Below, one piece after another: positions 1-7,617 of a stretch of DNA of 64,000 nucleotides. The notes beneath the pieces are model-generated. The model saw only the letters and a list, made by a program, of their open reading frames with translations. It did no database searches and was not told the DNA's origin. The number at the start of each line of letters is the position of its first letter. Position 1 is the first letter of the stretch. A program made the position numbers and the translations under genes. The stretch spans positions 62,001-126,000 of IMG/VR virus record IMGVR_UViG_3300008110_010000; one strand, given 5' to 3'.

Positions 1-460
1 CCTCAAATGGAAACTTATAATCAAACGAATTTTTAGTAACTGCAACATTCAAATAATGCAAAGCTCTTAATAAAGCTAATAATCCATTTCCCGAACCCTC
101 GACTTCCAAAACTGTGGAATTATTGAACGGAATCTTGACGGAACCGGTTTCTGTCATTGTGTATTTTTTGCCATCAGCAGTTATTGTTAAATAATCCATT
201 CCTGCTTTGACTTTTTTCCCGCTCGTTACACTCTCGAATTTTTTTGCAGCCCCTATCTTTATCATCTCTTCTACTCCGCTTATTTTAAGCGAGGTTGTGG
301 TATCCTGTTGAATACCTATAGGATTTGCAGCTCCCGCAAAAAGATTGTCAGTGTCTGTGGATCCTATAACGGCTATAAAACCTTTATCTGTTCCTTCCTG
401 CTCTAAGATTGCATAGCTGTTTCTTTTTAAGAATTGATCGAACGTTTCTAGTATTTTCAT
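1..460 (-). CDS. Hypothetical protein, 3'-truncated by window edge; N-terminus MKILETFDQFLKRNSYAILE
   Basis: ATG at 460-458 on the minus strand, open to the window start; preceded by GATATATA; not in the ORF track. Confidence 0.75.
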   Translation of the reverse strand, partial: MKILETFDQFLKRNSYAILEQEGTDKGFIAVIGSTDTDNLFAGAANPIGIQQDTTTSLKISGVEEMIKIGAAKKFESVTSGKKVKAGMDYLTITADGKKYTMTETGSVKIPFNNSTVLEVEGSGNGLLALLRALHYLNVAVTKNSFDYKFPFE

Positions 461-461
461 A

Positions 462-475
462 AAGATATATATCTT
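462..475. promoter_or_regulatory. Palindromic bidirectional putative late promoter AAGATATATATCTT
   Basis: Perfect palindrome giving GATATATA on both strands, between divergent starts at 460 and 492. Confidence 0.6.
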
Positions 476-491
476 GTAAATATTCGTTTAT

Positions 492-1286
492 ATGAGAAAA
501 ATACAGTCATTTTCACAATTTGTCAGCGAAGCTCAATTTGCTATAAGTGATCCCTCAACAGCAGGAGAGAAATTAGCAGGTGTCCTAGTAGCTAATAAAG
601 ACGCAAAAGAAGAACCAAAGGGAAGTAATAAAGGACCGGAAGTAGACAAATATCTACAATCAGTAGGATTAGGCCCAGGTTTACCCTGGTGTGCAGCCTT
701 TGTTTATTATATTTTTGACCAGCTTTCCAAGCAACTTGGAACTTCAAACCCACTTCCTAAGACTGGAGGGGTAATGAATCACTGGAATAAATCAGACCAG
801 GATGCAAAGATTACCATAGATCAAGCTAGGATCAATCCAAATTTAGTTAGGCCAGGACAAGTATTTATAATGACCAGACCAGGTAAAGGATTGGGACATA
901 CTGGTATAATAGTATCAGTAGATCCACAAAAGAAAACCATGACAACTATGGAGGGTAACACCAACGATCAGCTTTCTGGTGAAGGTAACAGAGTCGGAAC
1001 TAATGTGAGAAAATTGGATCAAGGAACCCTAGTAGGATTCTTGGATTATTTTAAAACAAGTAGAACACCAGAATTTGAAGCAGATCTTTCTAAAGCAATA
1101 ACAGGTCAAGCCACAGCATTACCTCCTCTTTCAGCTGACGATGTTCCAGGAGACGATGTAGTAGGTCCGGTTAAAACCGATGCTGGAGGACAATTAATGG
1201 CTCAAGCTCTTGGTAATGTTGCAGCGGCAACTGCAAATATGGAAGCTCCTAGAACACCAGAAGAAGTTCCGGTGGAACTTAGATAA
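492..1286 (+). CDS. CHAP-domain peptidoglycan amidase/peptidase
   Basis: PWCAAFV (catalytic Cys), GHTGI (His) and EGNT motifs. Confidence 0.8.
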   Translation: MRKIQSFSQFVSEAQFAISDPSTAGEKLAGVLVANKDAKEEPKGSNKGPEVDKYLQSVGLGPGLPWCAAFVYYIFDQLSKQLGTSNPLPKTGGVMNHWNKSDQDAKITIDQARINPNLVRPGQVFIMTRPGKGLGHTGIIVSVDPQKKTMTTMEGNTNDQLSGEGNRVGTNVRKLDQGTLVGFLDYFKTSRTPEFEADLSKAITGQATALPPLSADDVPGDDVVGPVKTDAGGQLMAQALGNVAAATANMEAPRTPEEVPVELR

Positions 1287-1321
1287 ATAGATTATTAAAT
1301 ACAAAAATATAATAAGTAGAT

Positions 1322-1618
1322 ATGAAACATCTTAAAGGATATAACGAAATAAGCGAAAGTTTTTTCGATTTTAATTTTGGAAGGCCTACCGCTACAAAGG
1401 CAGCTAAAGACAGTCTAAGAGGAACTGGGGTTTCTGGATATTCAAGGGGAGATCAAAATTACGGAGAAGCTCCAGATCCTAAGAAAGAGGTAGTAATTTT
1501 TCAAGGAAGGGAATTCACGCAGGATCAAATAGAATATGCTGGTTATAACGATCTTGGAGAAATTCCAAGAATTGAAGGAGATAAATTAATTATTGCAAAT
1601 CCTGTTTGGGAAATGTAA
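1322..1618 (+). CDS. Hypothetical protein with capsid-targeting-like N-terminus
   Basis: ORF; begins MKHLKGYNEISES. Confidence 0.65.
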   Translation: MKHLKGYNEISESFFDFNFGRPTATKAAKDSLRGTGVSGYSRGDQNYGEAPDPKKEVVIFQGREFTQDQIEYAGYNDLGEIPRIEGDKLIIANPVWEM

Positions 1619-1638
1619 TTTTTTTCTTAAATTTACAC

Positions 1639-1667
1639 GAAACAAAAAATAACGTTTGATATATAAC
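1639..1667 (+). promoter_or_regulatory. Putative promoter of the tRNA leader (GAAAC-N18-TATAAC overlapping GATATATA)
   Basis: Matches two motif classes that recur across the window. Confidence 0.6.
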
Positions 1668-1676
1668 AAACATCTC

Positions 1677-1760
1677 ATGAAGACTCAGTTCACATATAAT
1701 TGCAACCAAATGCCTGAACAAGGTAATAAGGGGGATTATATGGATACGGATCTGGGTTAA
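1677..1760 (+). CDS. Putative attenuator leader peptide MKTQFTYNCNQMPEQGNKGDYMDTDLG (27 aa)
   Basis: ATG..TAA directly after the promoter; 3' end overlaps the antiterminator strand; enriched in amino acids of the downstream tRNAs. Confidence 0.7.
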   Translation: MKTQFTYNCNQMPEQGNKGDYMDTDLG

Positions 1761-1794
1761 CATGTCTAAAATATAAATTGAAAAACCCAGATCC
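1748..1794 (+). promoter_or_regulatory. Antiterminator helix GGATCTGGGTT / AACCCAGATCC
   Basis: Perfect 11-bp complementarity between 1748-1758 and 1784-1794, the terminator 5' arm. Confidence 0.7.
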
Positions 1795-1816
1795 AAAAGG
1801 TCTGGGTTTTTCTTTT
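1781..1816 (+). terminator. Intrinsic terminator immediately upstream of the tRNA array
   Basis: AAAAACCCAGATC-CAAAA-GGTCTGGGTTTTT hairpin with U-tract TTTTTCTTTT. Confidence 0.8.
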
Positions 1817-1819
1817 GAT

Positions 1820-1891
1820 GGCGATTTGGCCGAGTGGTTCAGGCAGGGGTCTGCAAAACCTCTTACTCCAGTTCGACTCTGGAAATCGCCT
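1820..1891 (+). tRNA. tRNA-Cys(GCA)
   Basis: Acceptor GGCGATT/AATCGCC, anticodon loop CTGCAAA, GTTCGA T-loop. Confidence 0.92.
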
Positions 1892-1899
1892 CAGAAATT

Positions 1900-1971
1900 G
1901 GGGATATAGCTCAGCGGTAGAGCAAGCGACTGTTAATCGCTAGGTCATAGGTTCGAATCCTTTTATCCCCG
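1900..1971 (+). tRNA. tRNA-Asn(GTT)
   Basis: Acceptor GGGGATA/TATCCCC, anticodon loop CTGTTAA. Confidence 0.92.
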
Positions 1972-1977
1972 CAGATG

Positions 1978-1993
1978 GTTCTTTGACATATTG
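1978..1993 (+). promoter_or_regulatory. boxA-like antitermination element GTTCTTTGACATATTG
   Basis: Resembles rrn boxA (E. coli TGCTCTTTAACA); lies in a tRNA spacer. Confidence 0.5.
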
Positions 1994-2001
1994 GAAAACT
2001 T

Positions 2002-2073
2002 GGCCCCGTCGTCTAATGGTTAGGACGCCTCCCTTTCACGGAGGAAATTTCGGTTCGACTCCGTGCGGGGCTA
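2002..2073 (+). tRNA. tRNA-Glu(TTC)
   Basis: Acceptor GGCCCCG/CGGGGCT, anticodon arm CCTCC-CTTTCAC-GGAGG. Confidence 0.9.
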
Positions 2074-2081
2074 CATTCGAG

Positions 2082-2154
2082 GATCTCTTAGCTCAATCGG
2101 TAGAGCACTACACTTTTAATGTAGGGGTTTTGGGTTCGAGTCCCAAAGGGATCA
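2082..2154 (+). tRNA. tRNA-Lys(TTT)
   Basis: Acceptor GATCTCT/AGGGATC, anticodon arm CTACA-CTTTTAA-TGTAG. Confidence 0.92.
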
Positions 2155-2243
2155 CATAATACCTTATTATAAGCTCATAGCTGAACTCTAATTTTTAATC
2201 AGATTTAGATACTATAAGCTAAAATAATCTCTTTAAACAAAGC

Positions 2244-2325
2244 GGGAGCATCGCATAGCGGCAATTGCAAGGGACTGTAAATCCCTCCTCTTACGAGTTC
2301 GGTGGTTCGAGTCCACCTGCTCCCA
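2244..2325 (+). tRNA. tRNA-Tyr(GTA)
   Basis: Acceptor GGGAGCA/TGCTCCC, anticodon arm AGGGA-CTGTAAA-TCCCT, long variable arm. Confidence 0.92.
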
Positions 2326-2326
2326 C

Positions 2327-2406
2327 AAATCAGAAGCGGTAAGAAGCGTTACTTCATCAAAATTGGATTTGACAACAACACACGCTGATTAAATATTCTC
2401 TGATTT
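2327..2406 (+). ncRNA. Candidate structured small RNA in the Tyr-Gln spacer
   Basis: Closing helix AAATCAGA/TCTGATTT with inner helices AGCGT/ACGCT and TCAAA/TTTGA. Confidence 0.35.
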
Positions 2407-2409
2407 TAT

Positions 2410-2480
2410 TGCCCGATGGTGTAATGGCAGCACAAGTGGTTTTGGTCCACTTAGTCTAGGTTCGAATCCTAGTCGGGCAT
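2410..2480 (+). tRNA. tRNA-Gln(TTG)
   Basis: Acceptor TGCCCGA/TCGGGCA, anticodon arm AGTGG-TTTTGGT-CCACT. Confidence 0.92.
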
Positions 2481-2485
2481 CATTA

Positions 2486-3142
2486 TTACCAATAATAGGA
2501 TTCCCATTTAAATTTTTCAATCGGAGTAAATACTGGTTCTTTTGTTCCGTATGATGCACGCTTCTCCACATCATCTTTAGGATTTTGAAGAATTTGGAGT
2601 GCATAATCTACAATTCTGGGTCCATGAGGTAAAACGTGAGTAACTTTATATCGGGATGCAAATTCTTTCACCCTGTTTATTATTTCAGGTAATATCTCAT
2701 AGTATTTTTCACTGTATCTTGATCCCCATGTTCTTTCAATTTTAAGATAATTTTCTGAATCCCATGATGCTCCGGGGGCGTAAACCTTTATAGGGGAGAA
2801 TTGATAAACAGTATCTATATACATAGGATGATAATAGGAGATAAGACACTCAAGTTCTTCCAGCTTATTTCCTATGAACCCCTTTATATTTTTTTCCGCA
2901 TGTTCTGCTCTTTTGATCTCGTCATTATTTAAGGTGAATCCCCCCCTCCACCCAAGATAACATGCATCAATTAATTTGGACTGATTTCTCTCGCTGAAAA
3001 GTTCCTCTATCTTTTCCTCGTTATAAATTGGCCCAGTTATTACTGTTCTATTATGGAGGATTTTTTTAAATTCCATCCCGAATAGATCTCTTCCTTTCTG
3101 AGAGATACCATAAAAACTCTCGTAAATTGTTAGATGTCTCAC
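2486..3142 (-). CDS. Hypothetical protein inserted antisense within the tRNA array
   Basis: 218-aa ORF, GTG start, AATATATA upstream, begins MRHLTIYESF. Confidence 0.65.
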   Translation of the reverse strand: MRHLTIYESFYGISQKGRDLFGMEFKKILHNRTVITGPIYNEEKIEELFSERNQSKLIDACYLGWRGGFTLNNDEIKRAEHAEKNIKGFIGNKLEELECLISYYHPMYIDTVYQFSPIKVYAPGASWDSENYLKIERTWGSRYSEKYYEILPEIINRVKEFASRYKVTHVLPHGPRIVDYALQILQNPKDDVEKRASYGTKEPVFTPIEKFKWESYYW

Positions 3143-3158
3143 AAATCTATATATTCCG

Positions 3159-3192
3159 CATTTTTTATTAATAATCCTCTTTATTAAATTTG
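3159..3192 (+). promoter_or_regulatory. Class I putative early promoter CATTTTTTAT...TAAATTTG
   Basis: Bacteroidota-type -7 element TAnnTTTG with CATTTTT starting 26 nt upstream; same geometry at five other sites. Confidence 0.55.
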
Positions 3193-3215
3193 GGATAGAT
3201 AGGAAACACTTTTAT

Positions 3216-3710
3216 ATGAAAACGAAAAAAATATTAGTGCTAATTTTTCTTTTTTTAATTCCAGCTTGGGAATTTCAAAAAGAACCAGATTTTAAATTCT
3301 TCAAAATAATTCCGGAGGAGGTAGAAAAAATTTCTCATCAAAATCTTTATAATGAAATTATTGAAAGCGGAATAAAATTCCCCGAAATAGCTTTCGTACA
3401 GGCAATTATAGAATCCGGGAATTTTACATCCGGGCTTTTTAAAAAGCATAACAATCTTTTTGGAATGAGATTTCCAGGAAGGAGAGAAACAACTTCTATA
3501 GGTAGAAACAAAAGGGGATATGCAAGATACGAAGATTGGGACGATAGCGTAAAGGATTATTTTCATTGGCAATCCTTTTTTATGAGAAGGAGAGACATCA
3601 ACACCAAAGAAGAGTATCTAGATCTTTTAGATGATGTGTATGCTGAAGATAAATCTTATGTTACTGTTATTAGAAAGAATATAAAGCAATACAAACACAT
3701 TTTTGATTAA
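3216..3710 (+). CDS. GH73 glucosaminidase (FlgJ-like peptidoglycan hydrolase) with N-terminal signal/anchor
   Basis: QAIIESG, NNLFGM, YARY..W.DSVKDY and YAED..Y motifs. Confidence 0.8.
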   Translation: MKTKKILVLIFLFLIPAWEFQKEPDFKFFKIIPEEVEKISHQNLYNEIIESGIKFPEIAFVQAIIESGNFTSGLFKKHNNLFGMRFPGRRETTSIGRNKRGYARYEDWDDSVKDYFHWQSFFMRRRDINTKEEYLDLLDDVYAEDKSYVTVIRKNIKQYKHIFD

Positions 3711-3711
3711 T

Positions 3712-3785
3712 GGACCGGTAGTTCAGCTGGTTAGAATGCCGCCCTGTCACGGCGGAGGTCGCGGGTTCGAGTCCCGTCCGGTCCG
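3712..3785 (+). tRNA. tRNA-Asp(GTC)
   Basis: Acceptor GGACCGG/CCGGTCC, anticodon arm CCGCC-CTGTCAC-GGCGG. Confidence 0.95.
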
Positions 3786-3790
3786 CAAAT

Positions 3791-3830
3791 GGTCAAAATT
3801 TGAGTAGTAAAACGGTCAAAATTTGAGTAG
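3791..3830. repeat. 17-bp direct repeat GGTCAAAATTTGAGTAG x2
   Basis: Identical copies at 3791-3807 and 3814-3830. Confidence 0.85.
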
Positions 3831-3883
3831 CAAATAATTACTAGGAACTTTTAAAATTTTTTAGCATATAATTTCGGATACTA

Positions 3884-3956
3884 GCAGCGGTGGTGTTCAA
3901 TGGTAGCACGCCAGCCTTCCAAGCTGGACGAGAGGGTTCGAATCCCTTTCGCTGCT
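3884..3956 (+). tRNA. tRNA-Gly(TCC)
   Basis: Acceptor GCAGCGG/TCGCTGC, anticodon arm CCAGC-CTTCCAA-GCTGG. Confidence 0.92.
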
Positions 3957-3962
3957 CAATAT

Positions 3963-4002
3963 AATAAACCAGATTCTGTCTAATAATCACATCTGGTTTA
4001 TT
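3963..4002. repeat. 12-bp inverted repeat between the two tRNA-Gly genes
   Basis: AATAAACCAGAT ... ATCTGGTTTATT. Confidence 0.7.
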
Positions 4003-4023
4003 TAGTAAAAACAGGTTTAGTAA

Positions 4024-4096
<73 letters not shown>

Positions 4097-4131
4097 CAAA
4101 ATATAAAAACAAGTATTTTTATAAATAGAAC

Positions 4132-5220
4132 ATGACTGATTATCTAATAGTTGGAGCTGGACTTTACGGATCTATTGTTGCAAACGAATTAAAAAAATCA
4201 GGTAAGTCAGTTATTGTAATAGATCAGAGAGATCATATTGGAGGAAACTGTTTCACACAAAGCATAGATGGTATTAATGTTCATAAATATGGGCCCCATA
4301 TATTTCACACAGATAATCTAAGTGTTTGGAATTACATTCAAAAATTCTGCGATTTTAATCATTTTAGCTACAGACCAAGGGTTAACTATAAAGGAAAAAT
4401 ATATTCCTTTCCGATCAACTTACTAACTTTTCAACAAGTATATGGTATCAGTTCTCCTGCTGAAGTCCAGAAATTACTGGAAGAGATAAGGATTTTTCAC
4501 GAGGATCCAAAAAACATGGAAGAATGGATGCTAGATCAAATTGGACCAGATCTTTATAAAATTTTTATAGAAGGGTATACTACAAAACAGTGGGGAAGAT
4601 CTCCGAAGGAACTTCCTGCTTCCATAGTAAAAAGAATTCCAATACGTCTAACTTTTGATGATAATTACTATAATCATCCATACCAAGGAATCCCAGTTGG
4701 CGGGTACACACAGATTTTTGAAAAACTTCTTAATGGTATAGACGTCAGATTAAATCACAATTATTTTGATAATAAAGAATTTTTTGACTCTCTAGCAAAG
4801 AATGTAATTTACACCGGTCCGATAGACAGATTCTATAATTATGAATTTGGAAAATTAGAATATAGATCCTTAGATTTTAAAACAGAACTTTTAGATATTC
4901 CGGATTTTCAGGGGGTAGCTGGGGTTAATTATACAGATTTAGATGTACCATATACAAGAATAGTAGAACACAAACATTTTGAATTTGGAAAACAAAACCA
5001 CACGATCATCACAAAAGAATATTCAAAATCGTTAGGTGATCCCTACTATCCAATAAATGACGGAAGAAATCAAAAGATTTATGAAGTGTATAGATCCAAG
5101 TCCGTGGAAAATCCGAAGTTTAATTTTGGCGGAAGATTAGCAGAGTATAAGTATTATGACATGCATCAAATAATCTCGCAAGCCCTTGATTTCTCTTCGA
5201 AAATTAGAATCAAAAATTAA
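4132..5220 (+). CDS. glf: UDP-galactopyranose mutase
   Basis: GAGLYG FAD motif, HIGGNC, YGPHIFHT, YTTKQW, YYP, GRLAEYKYYDMH. Confidence 0.93.
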   Translation: MTDYLIVGAGLYGSIVANELKKSGKSVIVIDQRDHIGGNCFTQSIDGINVHKYGPHIFHTDNLSVWNYIQKFCDFNHFSYRPRVNYKGKIYSFPINLLTFQQVYGISSPAEVQKLLEEIRIFHEDPKNMEEWMLDQIGPDLYKIFIEGYTTKQWGRSPKELPASIVKRIPIRLTFDDNYYNHPYQGIPVGGYTQIFEKLLNGIDVRLNHNYFDNKEFFDSLAKNVIYTGPIDRFYNYEFGKLEYRSLDFKTELLDIPDFQGVAGVNYTDLDVPYTRIVEHKHFEFGKQNHTIITKEYSKSLGDPYYPINDGRNQKIYEVYRSKSVENPKFNFGGRLAEYKYYDMHQIISQALDFSSKIRIKN

Positions 5221-5822
5221 TTTTTGTGATCCTTGTCTTCGCAAAGCATTTCTAATTGTTCCCAGCTAAATTTTGGCTTTTCATTTAAAAAAACAAAGCA
5301 TCTCCACTTTTTTTGAGACTCAAAGTAGATATGCTTTTGTAGGTGGGAGGGAATGGCAGCATTTGTCTCAACTCTTTTAACGGGATTGTCAAAAAATATT
5401 TTAATTAATACAGTGATATTTTCTTTATCGTCCCATTTTCTGATCTGCTCCTCCAATAATCTCCATTCACCCCTATTCAGATACTGATTTTGCATAATGC
5501 AATTAAGGTAAGAAAATGTTTGCTTTAGGTTTTCCATGTTGTCAGAAAATGTAGCAGCAGGTGCTCCATGTCCTTTATCATACACATTTTTTACATAATC
5601 ATCAGCATCCGAAGTTTTGACTGATTTTTCTGTGTAAAAATCCATTGATCCCCTATTAACATTAGTAGGTCTGTTGGTTGATCTATATTTGATCCATAAA
5701 GGCTGCTCTAATTTCTGCGAATATAAAACTTCAAACACTTGATTTTTAATTCTTACTGTGTCTTGGGCTTTTAATACTACTGATAGTGATAAAAATAGAA
5801 GTACTGATAAAATTCTTTTCAT
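5217..5822 (-). CDS. DNA/RNA non-specific endonuclease (NucA/EndA-like) with signal peptide
   Basis: DKGHGAPA His-Me finger motif, LNRGEWRLLEE, hydrophobic N-terminus. Confidence 0.8.
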   Translation of the reverse strand: MKRILSVLLFLSLSVVLKAQDTVRIKNQVFEVLYSQKLEQPLWIKYRSTNRPTNVNRGSMDFYTEKSVKTSDADDYVKNVYDKGHGAPAATFSDNMENLKQTFSYLNCIMQNQYLNRGEWRLLEEQIRKWDDKENITVLIKIFFDNPVKRVETNAAIPSHLQKHIYFESQKKWRCFVFLNEKPKFSWEQLEMLCEDKDHKN

Positions 5823-5824
5823 GT

Positions 5825-6643
5825 TTATTTTTTTCTTTTTAACTCTTTCATCGGAACATTTACATGTTTACCGAACGGCATTTGTTTACTGCTTATCATT
5901 GCCCAAATAATTTTTTTGTGCCATTTTGGTTTTTCAGGGTCGTGAGCACCACCGTCAGTAAAGTATATGAGGCAGGCAAGATCTTTTCCTTTTTTTAGAA
6001 TGTTATCTTCTGCCCATTTTATAGGCGGGTCAAATCCAAGTTCGTTACCACCCGTAGATCCCTGTTTAGAAGGATCTAATTTTTGAGTTGGGTATTTTAA
6101 ATAATCTATACCATCTATGTCATCACTGCAATAGATTATCCAAATTTCTTCAGGAGAAAAAGCTTTAAGTATACTTCTAGCTTCTGTCAAGAAAGTATTA
6201 TATTCTTCGGATCCTATACTTCCGGAGGTATCAACTGCAATTACAACTGATCCAAATCCCTCTTCCTTTCCTCTTAGACCAGGAAGGTAAATGCCTTGAC
6301 TAGCATATCTTCTGTTTGGTATTTTATACATTGTAGGTTCCTCGTTGGCAGTCGAAACGTATCTTTGTAATATTTTTCTCCAATTAATCTGTGGATTAGC
6401 TAATCTTTCAACGAATTTTCTAAGAGCCCCTGATCCTCCTCCACTGCCCATTCCTCTGTTTGCAGCATTGTTTACTATTTCTTTTACCTTGTCTTTTACA
6501 GATTTTCTTTCCTTCTGTATTGGTTTTTCTTTCTGTGGATTCCAATCCCCCTTCTCTTGATCTGGCTTATCTGGATCCCCATCTTTCCATTCGCTTTCTT
6601 TTTCGTCAGAAATGATTTTGTATTTTCCTTTTTGTACGTACAT
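5825..6643 (-). CDS. VWA-like domain protein (DUF2201 C-terminal part)
   Basis: INWRKIL, PNRRY, AVDTSGSI (MIDAS), YFTDG. Confidence 0.8.
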   Translation of the reverse strand: MYVQKGKYKIISDEKESEWKDGDPDKPDQEKGDWNPQKEKPIQKERKSVKDKVKEIVNNAANRGMGSGGGSGALRKFVERLANPQINWRKILQRYVSTANEEPTMYKIPNRRYASQGIYLPGLRGKEEGFGSVVIAVDTSGSIGSEEYNTFLTEARSILKAFSPEEIWIIYCSDDIDGIDYLKYPTQKLDPSKQGSTGGNELGFDPPIKWAEDNILKKGKDLACLIYFTDGGAHDPEKPKWHKKIIWAMISSKQMPFGKHVNVPMKELKRKK

Positions 6644-6644
6644 A

Positions 6645-7616
6645 TTAAACTTCTATATCTCCGTTTTTATAAACCTTCTTTATAGTTTTAATAGCTCCGC
6701 TATCTAATCTTACTTTTTGTCCGGTTTTAGGTAACTCCAATTCTCCGGATCCTCCCTCGGCATTTCCTGATCCTCCTTCACCTTCACCTTCTCCTTCACC
6801 TTCACCTTCTCCCTCGCCTTCTCCTTCACCTTCTCCCTCGCCTTCTCCCTCGCCTTCTCCCTCGCCTTCTCCTTCGCCTTCTCCTTCGCCTTCTCCCTCG
6901 CCTTCTCCTTCGCCTTCTCCCTCGCCTTCTCCCTCGCCTTCTCCCTCGCCTTCTCCCTCTCCTTCACCTTCTCCCGGTTGGTTATCATCAATTTCGGGGG
7001 TTTCCTCTTGGGGTTCTTCCGCATCCTTAGTGATTGAATCTTTCTCCCCAAGAACAGTTTCAGTAACTTGATCATGATCTATAGCTCCCGGCTCAAAAAC
7101 GTCACAATATGATTTAAAGAAAGGGTCTATTTTTAATCTACCAGATTTTATCTGGTCATAGATTTCTTCAGCAGAGAGATCCTGGAATTTTGAAGATTGC
7201 ATGGTAGTAGGAAGCTTTGATTTTCCAATACCATCTAAAAAAGCTTCAGCTGCCATGTCACATGCTGCGTTCCAGATATTAGTATCTTTACTTCCGATCC
7301 TATCATAGTGATCTAAAGCAAGATGAGAAATTCCTTGGCTAATAGCCCAGATTATTTCGTCTTCAGAAAGATCTATAACATTTTTAGGATTAAATATGAA
7401 TATGGTGCCATCAGTTGAAAAATATTCGCATTCATCAGAAACTCCTACTGGGATTTCAGCAAGAACCCTCCCGAATAATCCCTCTTTCATTAAGATTTTT
7501 GAAACCGATCTTCTAACTCGCATGACTGCTCTTTCATAGTCCTGCTCACTAATTCCGTAACTTGATGAATTTTCTAACAGAATACCATATTCTGCAAAGT
7601 TTCTAATTTTTCTCAT
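6645..7616 (-). CDS. DUF2201 N-terminal metallopeptidase-like protein with degenerate HExxH and a (GE)n tract
   Basis: STDG, QGISHLALDH in place of HExxH, WNAACD, SAEEIYD. Confidence 0.7.
   Translation of the reverse strand: MRKIRNFAEYGILLENSSSYGISEQDYERAVMRVRRSVSKILMKEGLFGRVLAEIPVGVSDECEYFSTDGTIFIFNPKNVIDLSEDEIIWAISQGISHLALDHYDRIGSKDTNIWNAACDMAAEAFLDGIGKSKLPTTMQSSKFQDLSAEEIYDQIKSGRLKIDPFFKSYCDVFEPGAIDHDQVTETVLGEKDSITKDAEEPQEETPEIDDNQPGEGEGEGEGEGEGEGEGEGEGEGEGEGEGEGEGEGEGEGEGEGEGEGEGEGEGEGEGEGEGEGEGEGGSGNAEGGSGELELPKTGQKVRLDSGAIKTIKKVYKNGDIEV
6775..6975 (-). repeat. Coding 6-/12-bp tandem repeat encoding about 33 Gly-Glu units
   Basis: CCTTCTCCCTCG and CCTTCA repeats on the plus strand. Confidence 0.95.
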
Positions 7617-7617
7617 T

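Noticed and set aside
1590-1796. Minus-strand 68-aa ORF over the tRNA leader
   Set aside because: Antisense to the leader peptide and terminator, with no recognisable features
2155-2243. Imperfect long hairpin in the Lys-Tyr spacer
   Set aside because: Short AT-rich helices of the kind expected by chance
3791-3830. Direct repeat as a mini-CRISPR array
   Set aside because: Only two 17-bp copies with a 6-bp gap, and no cas operon; the PD-(D/E)XK nuclease lacks Cas4 cysteines
4120-4127. Canonical T4 late promoter TATAAATA before glf
   Set aside because: Single noticed instance in AT-rich DNA; structural genes use RATATATA instead
6710-7075. KAREKAKE-repeat ORF
   Set aside because: Alternative-frame reading of the Gly-Glu repeat
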